Assembly: GCF_963506605.1 (NCBI RefSeq) | Contig: NC_083292.1 | Span: forward strand, 14,880,001 to 14,944,000 | DNA from: Zootoca vivipara | Taxonomy: Eukaryota | DNA: 64,000 nucleotides | Direction: 5' to 3' | Part shown: piece after piece, positions 1 through 17,300 of the stretch | Layout of the letters: each line of letters begins with the position of its first letter | How positions within the stretch are numbered: the stretch's first letter is position 1 | Program-made: the position numbers and the translations under genes | The notes under the pieces: generated by a model | Seen by the model: the letters and a program-made list of their open reading frames with translations, nothing else | What the model was told of the DNA's origin: nothing | Database searches by the model: none

Positions 1-620
1 GGGGGGAGATGGCTAAAGATAGCTTTATCATGTATAATGAGATAAGAATCCAATGTCTTTGTTGAGACCAGGTTCTTACAACAGTCAACATACCAAGGGT
101 TCTTAAAGCCTGTACATTTATATCATTCTAAGGCAATGTTCTTCTGCTGTATTTTTCACAGAAAATGGTCTGAAATTCTGCGACTCGATCGTGTATTTTT
201 ATTTCAGCTTATGCAGGTTTTTTTAAAAAAACATGTAATATTTCAAATAGTTTTATTTTGGACTGTAACTAGGAATAAGCTAAGATTTACCTCCAAGTAG
301 ACAGTTATAACATTGTACAGTGTCACTCTGTGTTCCTAAAAGACCCAGGAAAAGTGTGGGCCCATGGCAGGTAAATTATGAGCAAGCAGAGGGTGGCATA
401 TGCTTTATTCTGTTTTCAACTTATTGCAGATTTTAATTACTTTTTTTAGCGTTTTAAATGCTGTTTAACTGCTTTTATCGATAACTTTGTTTTATTATTT
501 TTGTAAACTGCTTTTAGGTTTGTATGCATAAATTTTGTGGAATAGATACATGTCAATCAATTGAACTTTATTTATAAAAAAGTAGACAAACCAAATTCCT
601 TTCCCTCCCTAGTTTCCTAC

Positions 621-953
621 CTTTTTCTCTCGAACCATTCGATCATCACCCTCACAGGCGAGTTCCAGGTGTTCATCGCACCTTCCCCTCTTGCTTTTCT
701 CATCTTCCCCTTTTTTAGATTTCGTGGATTCCCCTGCAGGCCCTGCTGGCTCATGGTTCCGCTTGTAGCTGCCTTCTTTAAAAGGTTTTTCGCACTGAGG
801 GCAGCAACCTGCTGCATCAGAGTCCCTCCAACTCTGGATGAGGCAGGCGTGGCAGAAAGTGTGCCCACAGTCAGTAATCACTGGGTCCAAGAAAGGTTGG
901 TGGCAAACGGGGCAAGTCATTTCTTCCTGGCCGAGATTGCCTCCAGCAGCCAT
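621..953 (-). CDS. TRIM-family (RFP/TRIM27/39-like) gene, first coding exon: C3HC4 RING plus degenerate B-box; gene probably continues beyond the left edge
   Basis: CPVC..CGHTFC..C..CPQC RING. B-box remnant CDEHLELACEGD. AG acceptor 5 nt before the ATG. Phase-0 donor AAG|GTAGGA at 621 gives 111 codons. Confidence 0.75.
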
Positions 954-1721
954 GTTTCCTTTAAAAACAGCCCGAGGCGTGGAATTGCAATTTCTGGCAG
1001 GATGTTATGGTGGGAGTGCCTCTCCGAGTTGTAATTTATAGCATGTCAACAACTGCAAACATATGCTGCAATAAAGAGGGTGAGTGGAGATCTGGTTGAA
1101 AAAAAAGACTGAAATAAATCCTACGAAATGACTTTAAATAAGGAGTAAAGGAAGTGTGAGATAAGAGTTGGAAAGAAAACCAAATGAGGGGAGGGAGGGA
1201 AGTCAAAGCTCGGCAGAGCATTGGGAATTCAAGATAGGGGAATAGATGTTAAAAAGAGAAAATTTGTGTGTGTTGTGTTTGAATGTTTTGTTGTGTTTAA
1301 TGTGTTTATTTGGAAAATTTAATAAATTGCTTTAAAAAAATAAAATAAACGGGAAGGAAGCCCCGTTAAAAAAAGAAAAAAAGAAAGGAAAAAAGGAAAA
1401 ACTAGATGCAGACAAATTTTGCTCATCTGTTCCAGATTCAGAGGCCCTGGAATGCATTTAATGACACCTTTTTAATTTTGAATAATGTATGCTTTTTATA
1501 ACTGTATATGTTGTTTTGAGAAAAAAATATTGTAGTGAGCAATGACTGGTTGGGATCCCTCTGTCCAGGGAAACAATGGAGGTGTGCACCTTTGGGAGTG
1601 AAGTCAAACTGTTGCAAGGTTGCAGTGTCTGCTGTGGCTACAGGATACAGGAGAGACATGTTTTGCCACAGCTGAGGCAGAAGAAGGTGGCCGGTTGCCG
1701 TGCAATGAATGAATGCAAATA

Positions 1722-1955
1722 CAGTGGTACCTCGGTTTTTGAACGTAATCCGTTCTGGAAGATCGTTCAAGTTCTGAAACGTTCGAAAACCGAAAACTCA
1801 ACAGCTAAGCCTCAAGTTCTTGCACTCAGCAGAGGCCGTGTGGCATGTTCAACTTCCGGGGCGTGTTCGAAAACCGAAGCATTTGCTTCGGGTTTACAAC
1901 ATTTGAAAACCAAAATGTTCGTCAACGGAGACGTTCGAAAACCGAGGTACCACTG
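1722..1955. mobile_element. Tc1/mariner (pogo/Tigger-like) MITE
   Basis: TIRs CAGTGGTACCTCGGTTTT / AAAACCGAGGTACCACTG, TA on the left side. Confidence 0.8.
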
Positions 1956-2266
1956 TGGTAAATACAGTAATGACAGAGCAGCTCCTGCCACAAGCGTCTA
2001 AAGCACATGAATCTTCAAATTGAATTTCACATTCAAAAAGTGAATTTGACAGGGGAACCAAAATTTAAACCATTTTAACCATTTTAACACATTTTAGCCA
2101 GTTGCCCCAACCCGAGTGTTGTTCCAGCAATGTCCCTTCGGCCTCCCAGGAGCCTCTTTTAGCTATTCAAGCAAGCTCATTGAGTGGTCCATGGACACTA
2201 TTATACCATCAGTTTAGCATCTACAAATGAAAAGGAAGGGAGGCCAGAAAGAAAAACGGCAAAAAA

Positions 2267-2305
2267 CAGTTTATTCTCGCTTCCCCATTTGAATGAACGT
2301 CTGTG
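2267..2305 (-). other. Degenerate 23-bp-spacer recombination signal sequence
   Basis: Heptamer CACAGAC (2305-2299), 23-nt spacer ending GGGGAAGCGAG as in lambda V spacers, poor nonamer AATAAACTG. Confidence 0.7.
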
Positions 2306-2779
2306 CTGCTGAGTCCCTGTCCATACGGAACAGAAATAATCAGTTTCATCTTCCTGCAAGGCCCCAGTGATGGCCAAAGACATCGTATTCCCTGACCTAG
2401 ACCCCGAGAAACGGTCCGGGACACCGGATGCTCTTTTGCTGGTGTGGTAAAGCAACAGCCACGGCGCTTTGCCCAATTTGTGCTGGATCCAGAGAGGGTA
2501 GTTGTTATCAGCAATGCTTCCGCTATCAAATGTGCAAGACATGCTGATGGTCCCACCTAGAGGAACAGCCTCTGAGGGTTTCAGGGACTGTAGTTGCTGG
2601 GTGCTGAGACCTGGAAAGGAACAAGGCAAGGGCAAGCTTATTGAACTATATCCCACAGTGTAGCAAAATCTGCACATCTGGGAATGAGAGGATGAGAAAC
2701 ACCTGGGTCTGTCTCAAACTAGTTTCCCCTTACCAATGGAGACCAGGACTGTGGCAAGGAGCAGGCAACACACCATCAT
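2306..2779 (-). CDS. IGLV: Immunoglobulin lambda light-chain V gene segment (leader exon 2779-2734, V exon 2610-2306)
   Basis: 46-nt leader MMVCCLLLATVLVSI-G|GTAAG and a 123-nt intron. Open V exon with both Cys, W and GVPDRFSGSRSG..EDETDYFC motifs. Confidence 0.88.
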
Positions 2780-2872
2780 GGGGAGATGCAGAGGACCTTC
2801 CCAAAAGACACCTCTCCTTGGCACCCTCCCAGAACCTCTTAAGCCCTCAGAAGTCAAGAGAACAGCCATTGT

Positions 2873-2880
2873 ATGCAAAT
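2873..2880 (-). promoter_or_regulatory. Ig light-chain promoter octamer ATTTGCAT
   Basis: Exact octamer about 95 bp upstream of the leader ATG, in light-chain orientation. Confidence 0.85.
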
Positions 2881-3306
2881 ATGTCAGCCTCTTAATAACT
2901 GTCTCAGGGTGCAGGAGGAGGCCAGCAGCTTTGCTAAAAAGGAAGCAGCTACACCCTCTTGTGACTCAAAACTTTCCTAGATCTTCATTGCATCCCCCCC
3001 CCCCCAAGCCCCCTGATGAATAGGTACAATATTGTGGTTGCAGTTCTCTTCCACACACACACACACGAAAAACCAGCTCAGACACATACAATATCTCCAT
3101 CTGGTGGCAAGATGTATGAATTGTGCAGTTGGTTAACTGCAAATCGATATGGTTTTGTGTTCGTTTTGTTTTGTTCTGTTTTGTTTTTAGCTATCTTCAG
3201 CTTGAATAACTTACATGTTCTTTCAGGTCCTCTTGGGAGGAAATGAAAGGTGCAACAGAAATAACTGATCTTGGTTTCCAGGGGTCTGAAGACAACAGTT
3301 AAGAAC

Positions 3307-3942
3307 TGTTGTAAATGTTAAGGTTTATATATTGTTCATAAACATGTACATGAATGCAGGCCTGACTGACACCATTTTGACTCTCTCTGACCAGAATCAC
3401 ACACACATTTCCACATGACTATCAACTTGGGAGCCATAATCCTGTAAACCAGAGGCTCTGCCAACTGGACATTTCCCCATAAATGGTGCCAGACTACTAG
3501 CCATCTCATTCACAATGGAAGACTCCTCCGAACAAAAGATAGTGATCAACTTTTAAGAAACTGTTAATTTCTCTTTGTGTTTAGGAATTCACACCTGGGA
3601 GGGGTAAGAGGAGGACTAGGAGAGGTGTCAAAGTTGCTCAGATTTCTACCTTGAACCCTCCCTTTTTGTGAGGTATTGATTACGTAGCTGTGATGTAGGA
3701 ATGATGTATTTTGGGGGTGTTTCTTGGTGATGGGAAAACTGATAAAAGTGGAGGTTCTCTTTTGGTCTGGGTTCCTTCCTTGATCTCTTTTGTGAGGGGA
3801 AGGACCCTGTTGCAACAGCAAAAATAAAGGCTTTGCTTCTCGAAATTCTCTGGTTGGCCTCTGTTATATTCTCTGATGGAGAACCCAATAAGGGCTCTTG
3901 TGTACCCCATAAGGGAATAAGAGCAGATTTTTGCTTATTACA
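3307..3942 (+). mobile_element. Possible solo LTR
   Basis: TG...CA ends and an internal AATAAA near 3823. No clear TSD. Confidence 0.3.
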
Positions 3943-4331
3943 GGCTAGATATTAGTTGTTGTTGTTTAAATCTCATCACATCCAGCCTTTGTTCTTGCAC
4001 ACTTTGAAAGGGGCGTCTCATTAGCTCACTGCCTCTTGCTGTGCCTCCATTTCAGAGAGAGTGAGTCAGGTACTCGAAATGCAAAATGACTTGGATTTCT
4101 CCACCCTCCTAAGTTGTTAGGTTCTGCCAGGTTGCCACCTAACAAAAGGCTAGTTTAAGGGGCAGTCCCAGGGCAGGATCCTCCAGGAGCAGCAGTTTCG
4201 GATGCAGCAGATCTCCAGGCTCCGCCAGTTTAACTCCCCAGCTGAAGATAGACTGGCGTAACTTGCTCATCCCAGCTCAGACAGTCCGGGCTCCTGGGAA
4301 CACCTGCCGGGCCAGTCAGGAGGGAAGTCTT

Positions 4332-4918
4332 TTTTCTTCTTTGGCGATCACTCATAGCCGCGTAAGATTGTCTTCCATAAACATAGTTTTAAAAGTGAGT
4401 CCGTAAGTGACTGTGGAAGCCAATTCTGGATCCACACATGCTTCCACAGTGGGGACATTGGTTTCTGGGCGGGAGTTGATCACCTTGTGGATTTGCCAGA
4501 TTTGCCTTCCTCTTAGCACGTTTCTCCCTTGCGTCCTGAGTTCAAAAGGCTGTTCTTCAACTGGAGCGCTCGCAGGCAAATGTTTCCCAATTGTTGGTTT
4601 TTATAGTACATTTTTAAAAAATTGCCTTGAGACAGTCTTTAAACCTCTTTTGTTGACCACCAGCATTACGCTTTCCATTTTTAAGTTCTGAATAGAGTAC
4701 AGTAGTTGCTTTGGAAGATGATGATCAGGCATCCACACAATATGACCAGTCTAACGAAGCTGGTGTTGAAGAATCATTGCTTCAACACTGGTGATCTTTG
4801 CTTCTTCCAGTACACTGGTATTAGTTCGCCTATCTTCCCAAGTGATGTATGGAATATTTCGGAAACACCATTGATGGAATCTTTCGAGGAGTTGGAGATG
4901 GCATTCATAAGTGGTCCA
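4332..4918 (-). mobile_element. RTE-clade LINE 3' fragment
   Basis: Minus-strand translation gives RFHQ..ITWEDRRTNTSVLEEA and the C-terminal CPHC..SRIG.HSHLRTH finger. A related copy lies at 43762-44030. Confidence 0.75.
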
Positions 4919-4919
4919 T

Positions 4920-5265
4920 TTACAGGTAGGTAGCCGTGTTGGTCTGAGTCAAAACAAAATAAAAAAATTCCTTCAGTAGCACCTTAAAGACCAACTGAAT
5001 TTTTATTTTGGTATGAGCTTTTGTGTGCATGCACACTTCATCAGATCTGATGAAGTGTGCATGCACAAAAAAGCTCATACCAAAATAAAAACTTAGTTGG
5101 TCTTTAAGGTGCTACTGAAGGAATTTTTTTTATAAGTGGTCCATGTTACAGGTAGGTAGCCGTGTTGGTCTGACGTCGAAACAAAATTTTAAAAATTCCT
5201 TCCAGTAGCACCTTAGCTTAGAGGCCAACTAAGCTTGTCGTTGGTATGAGCTTTCCTGTGCATAC
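4920..5265. mobile_element. Penelope-like element 3' tails (fold-back palindrome plus a second tail fragment)
   Basis: TTACAGGTAGGTAGCCGTGTTGGTCTG terminus appears twice. Duplicated ATAAGTGGTCCAT flanks the first copy. Confidence 0.8.
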
Positions 5266-5279
5266 GCCCTCTAGAGGGC

Positions 5280-11667
<6,388 letters not shown>

Positions 11668-14348
11668 CCCTCCTGAAGCGGACAAGAGGATTCAGCTTCC
11701 AGGCTGTGTCCATGAGGAGCCAAGCAAAGGGCAAGCATTTGTTTTGCTTTCTATGCCCACCTGGGGACTGGCGGTACTTGCATTGGCTGGCCCAGCAGAC
11801 CAGAGGGATGGTGACCTCTCCACCTCGTGGGTACCTGTCAAACAAGGGGTCCAATAAAGACCTGTGGCAGCTGTCTGAGCCCTTCTCTCCCCCCCCCCCA
11901 AAAAACCTTAGGACAAGTTTTTAAATAAATGAAATGAATAATAATTTTTGTTTGTCAGGCCTTCTCTGATGTGCATTCCCAGTTTTCTTTCCTGCCTTTG
12001 CCTTCCAAGTCTACACCACGGGTGGGGCAGCCTTGGCTTCCCAGATGTTGTTGAACTACAGCTTCCATCAGTCCTAACAAGCACAGTAAATGGGCCAAGC
12101 ATGATGGGAGTTGTAGTTCAACCACATCCTGCGCCCCAAATTATTATTATTTCACACAGCAGCGGCTTCTTTCTTTTTCTGCAAACCATCCTTCTGTACA
12201 AAGAGGAGGGGTGCTGTTAGAGAGGGGTGTTGTTTCTCGAAAAGGTACAGCGGTAGCTAGCAGCTTGTGGCATCTTTCACAAAGGAAGTCAGCAAATCTG
12301 CTCAGCTTTGTTTTAGTACTTGATGTTAAAGCAGCAAGGTTAGAGTTGTTTTTAACTCTTAAAATGTGTCTGTACAGGAGTCAATCTGCTCTACCTGCTC
12401 TTAGCAGAATGAGCCCATTGTGGTTTCTGAATATGTCTTATAAGCAACAACGGGACCAGTCTGTGTTGGGACTGTTGCCTGTTAAGTGTTAACAAAGCAT
12501 TTGAATTTGGCATGGGGTGGAGGCTGCCTTCGCTCTCCCTCCCCAATCCCATTGCACACACACACACACTGCAGCAGAATACTACCAGGGCAGGTCATGC
12601 TTATTGCCAGAACAGTGAACTGGCAGTGTGGGTCTCCAGTGAATGCAGCTGCATGCAAGCCCAGCCAAGCAGCACCAACAGACGCTGCAGCTGGACAATC
12701 CACTGGGTTAAGGCAGGGCTTGAATGAATTACGTAAGCAATTTGTCACAGGCAGTGCCTGCAGGCTGGTACTTTGTACATTCCCCCCACCAGGAGCATCT
12801 TCTGTTTCCAACACCTGTCTTTTAAACATTAACAAGAGCCACAGATCACTACAAGAGGACTAATCCAGAGTGATGTGCCCGAGTCTAATGGTTGGCTATT
12901 CAGCGATTTGGATTGTTGGCTTCACAGCGAAACACAGGTATTTCTCTCCCCTCTGTACGCTGATACTTTTTTGTACTGTTTTGAAGGCGCCGCTGTTTGT
13001 GTGCTACCTTAAAAAAAAAATTAATGCGAGTTGGATCATGTTACATAACAAAAATGACAGGTCGCCTCCTGCTCCCTGGAAAGCAGCTGCTGCATGAACA
13101 CACCATCCCTTTCCAGGACCAGCACATCCTGATACTCATTCAGCACTAAGGCTATTGTTATGTTGCCAGTATCCCATTGCAGAATCTGCTTCTGTGGAGC
13201 AGCCCAGTGTTGACCCATGGCTTTGGCCTCCAACACTGGCTTGCCATGGGATGAAGCCAACCTGGGCTTCTCTCCCACAGCCCCCTTGCCAGGAGTATTC
13301 AGAATGGCTTCTGGGTGAGCATCTGCATCCTTTTCCTTCTCTGATTCTTCCACTTGAGCTGCTGCTGGCTGGGGGAAGCCCAACGTGGCAGGAAAACAGG
13401 ACACAACATGAGGAAGGCTCCCTTGGAGGCTGCAGAGCCCAGCCAAGGTCCATCAGGAGTTTCAAAGCATGCCCTGGGTTTCTGAGACTACAGGACCAGA
13501 ACCTCAGGCAGGAGCCTTTATATTAAACCGAGTTTTATAAAACGTGATCTCCGGCACTTTAATTGCTGCCTGAGAATAATGTCAAGGCTCAGGACCCAGA
13601 AAGAAGCAAAAGATGTAGTCAAGAGACAAATAGATTTTGGATTCAGGTCTCGCTTTAATTAGCCCCACTCACCCAGAGTTTCTTGAGGCGTTGGCTTGTA
13701 TATTTGCAGCTACAGCTGCAAAACAGGAGAGGCTTGCTCCTGAGATCCAGAGCTGTAACTTTAAAGGACACAGTGGCTATGCACTCTATTCTGCTTCTCA
13801 CATTTATTATTTTTACAGAGGTTGAAATAAATTGGCAAAACAGTGGGGGGATGCTGGAGAGGCAGGTGGTCAGGCAGACTTCTCATGGAATTAGTACTGG
13901 CTGCACAAGGACGGCCCGAGAATGCTGAAACATGCTAGGCCCAATTCTGGGTCAGATCCAGAGTTGAGGCAAGGAAGACAGGGAGGCAGTTCCACCAACA
14001 GCCTATCTTCTCAGTACCCAAACAGGCCAGCAACAGGAGATTGGGTTTTTTGGTTTAACGTGGAAGTTGACGGGGTGCAAGGCTCAGCATCTGCCCAGTT
14101 GCCTTCTGCCTGTAGTTTGTCCAGTGCAAATTCATCATCTTCTAGTCCTTTACAGCATCTGGCACATAAACAGACTCTCCCCCCATCCTATCCACACCAC
14201 TAGAGGACAGCTTAGCAGCAGAAGGGAATTGGAGTGGCAGGGGAATGCAACCCACCAAGCTGTGGTGCTGCTCAGGGGGCCATCCGCACACCAGTCCGTG
14301 CAGAGCAGTCTCAGTCTTAGCAGGCAGAAGGTACCTGCTGTGCCGTCA

Positions 14349-17300
14349 CTATTGGGGCTCCTGTGGCAGGTTTTGGTCTGGAGCAGGCGTAGGGTGGTCT
14401 TCCGGGAGCGGATTGTAGTTGGGGTCCTCTTCAGGAGGGTCAAATACCAGCTTCCTACGATGGAAAACGCCAACCACAAAATGAGATCCATGCCGCAAAG
14501 ACAAAACACACTTTTCCTACCCTTGGAAGAGGAGCGTTGTCAAATGAGCTTGCTTGTTTTTTGTTTTTGTGGGAGGCTGTTATGCAAAAACAGGTCCCTG
14601 TTCTGAGACAACACAGCACCGAAAAGCACATCAAGATCTCTAAACATGCTCTAAATCTCCTAAGCAGGACCAGAAACATTTAACTTAACAGGATGGACCT
14701 ATGAGGAAAGGAAGGGTCTGTGATTGGCAACCTGTGTAGGGAGCAGTCTGTGTAGGGAGCAGTCTGCCTTACTTGTAACACAGGGTGGGGGGAGCTTGCT
14801 GGGACCTGCTTTGCCTTGCCAAATGTTGAATGGCACCACGTATACACTCAATGAGGAACCAACAAGGCTCATTGGTGGTGTATTTACCTCATTCACCTGT
14901 TAATGTTCTTAGGTGTATACAACCAAAACGTATGTGTAGTCCTTTTCCATTTCTCTTTTACGCCTGCTCTATTCCTTCAAACACTGAATATCCTCCCTCT
15001 CCCCATCTTCTAGTCAAGGCAGGAGAAAAACACCACATCTGTGTCCATCATAATACTGCCTCTTCAGGTGCTTCTATGAGGGCGGCCATTCTTCAACCTG
15101 CTTTGTAGGACTGCCTGATAAAAGTTGGTTGTTTACTTACAGGAATCCTGGTGTTAGTAACAACTTTTTCCCTCCGGGTTGGTTGGGAAAGACATCCTCA
15201 AGGAAGTAATAGACGTGACCCACGGCTATCCCTACAGGAGAAACAAAGGTCTGAGAAGCTATCTAGATCTCTCTTGCCAGTATAGCTAGAGGCAATGGCT
15301 TCATTTCCATAGCACACCACCCAAATACATTTCCCTTGGTGCACTGCTGGTTTGTGACAATTTGCCACCATAATTTTCTGCAGCGTAGCAGCAGTTCAAA
15401 GAGAAGATGAGGCATAAGCCTGAGACTCTTCTTAAACCCTGCAGGTACAGACACTGATTTCAATACTGTAAAATCAGGGGTCAGCAAACTTTTTCAGCAG
15501 GGGGCTGGTCCACTGTCCCTCAGACCTTGTGGGGGGCCGGACTATATTTTGAAACAAATTCCTATGCCCCACAAATAACCTAGAGATGCATTTTAAATAA
15601 AAGGACACATTCTACTCGTGTAAAAACATGCTGATTCCCGGACTGTCCGCGGGCCGGATTGAGAAGGCGGTTGGGCCACATCCGGCCCCTGGGCCTTAGT
15701 TTGGGGAACCCTGCAGTAAAGACCACCTGCATTTGACAACTGTTTAGGATAGGATGACGCCCTTAGGGTCGTTGACCCAGCAGCGTAGCCTCTGGCCAAT
15801 AGGAAACAGAACCTCTGCCTCTCTCCTTCCACCTCAGGATGACGGCATCTGTTGGGTCACTAGCGTGTGCTGTCAAAGCTTGGGGAGAAACCTTTCGAAA
15901 GCAGGAGCACCATGGGACTTTACTATGTGCTATCACTGCACAAACCCATCCTCCTTTTTCTCCCTACCCCCCCCCCCACAAGCCAGCCACCTCCATCCGG
16001 TCTTAGGACTCTTCTCCACAGCAGCACATCTCCTAGACCAGGCATGGCCAAACTTGGCCCTCTAGCTGTTTTGGGACTGCGACTCCCATCATCCCTAGCT
16101 AACAGGACCAGTGGTCAGGGATGATGGGAACTGTAGTCCCAAAACAGCTGGAGGGCCAAGTTTGGCCATGCCTGTCCTAGACTGTCCCCAGGAACTGTAC
16201 TGCCTTGCCTGGATATCCCCTTTTTCTAACTGCTTCCCAAACCAGGCCCTGATCCTGTGGATACAGCCATAGCTAGCTGCAAGCCTTGGAGAAGCCACCT
16301 CCAGGCACTGACCGAGTGCTACCTTTCACAGCATCTGAATAGTCCTCAAGGCAGCAAAGCAACTATCTGCAAGGGAGCTGCAGAGGCAGCACAGCCCTCA
16401 CCTGGCAAAGCTTTGGTGAGCAGTGGCGTAGCATGGTTTGCCAGTGCTCAGGGCAAGGAAAGTATTGCACCCCAAACTGGTGTCTCCATGCAGCCTTTGC
16501 TGCTGCTGCCATCGGACAAAGCTGCGGAGCAGCGGCGGGACATCACCGCAAGTCTTACCCCCTGCCCGCCTCCCCCGCCAGTGGGGGGATGCTGCCTGGC
16601 CAAGGGATGCAAAGGCCCGTCCTCTCCCACCTCCTGCTTGGTGTGCTGCTCGGGTGAGGCAGGCGGGCAGGACGGGGAGCTCCTCCAGTTGGGGTGGCAG
16701 CTGTAGCGGTGAGCCCCTAAAAAAAATTGCACATGGGCAATTACCCCGGTAGCCCCAGCCCCATGCTATGCCACTGTTTGTGAGAACCAGCTCCTCACAG
16801 ATATACCGAGAAGCTATGCAAGAAGAGGAAGCACCTGCCCTCACCTAAGAGGTCAATGATGATGGAATTGCCCAGCAGCAGTGAGAAGCCCATCAGGACC
16901 CAGGGCAGGAAAGGCGCCTGGAAGTTCAGCAGCCCAAAGAAGTTCATGCGGATATAGGGATTCCTCCGGCTCCACACGTAAACCAGCATGATGGTGAAGG
17001 CTTGGCCCAGGAAGAAGAGGCTGGCAAAGAGTCCAAAAAGCTGAGAGCTACAGAGTCAAGGCGGGGGGCGGGGGGAGAGATTTCATTGGCTCAACAAAGG
17101 CCAAAAAAACTCCCCTAAAGCAGCTTACTATTATTTATTTGATTTATTACCTGCCCTTCAGTTTAAGGTCCGAGGGGTCACAACAATTTAAAAATACAGT
17201 ATTAAAACAAATTACCACCCTAACCTCTTGGCAGTGGAACTACCAGAAACACTCCCTCTGCAGATCTTGCGATCCTGCAGATACTCGTTTTGAGCTCTAA

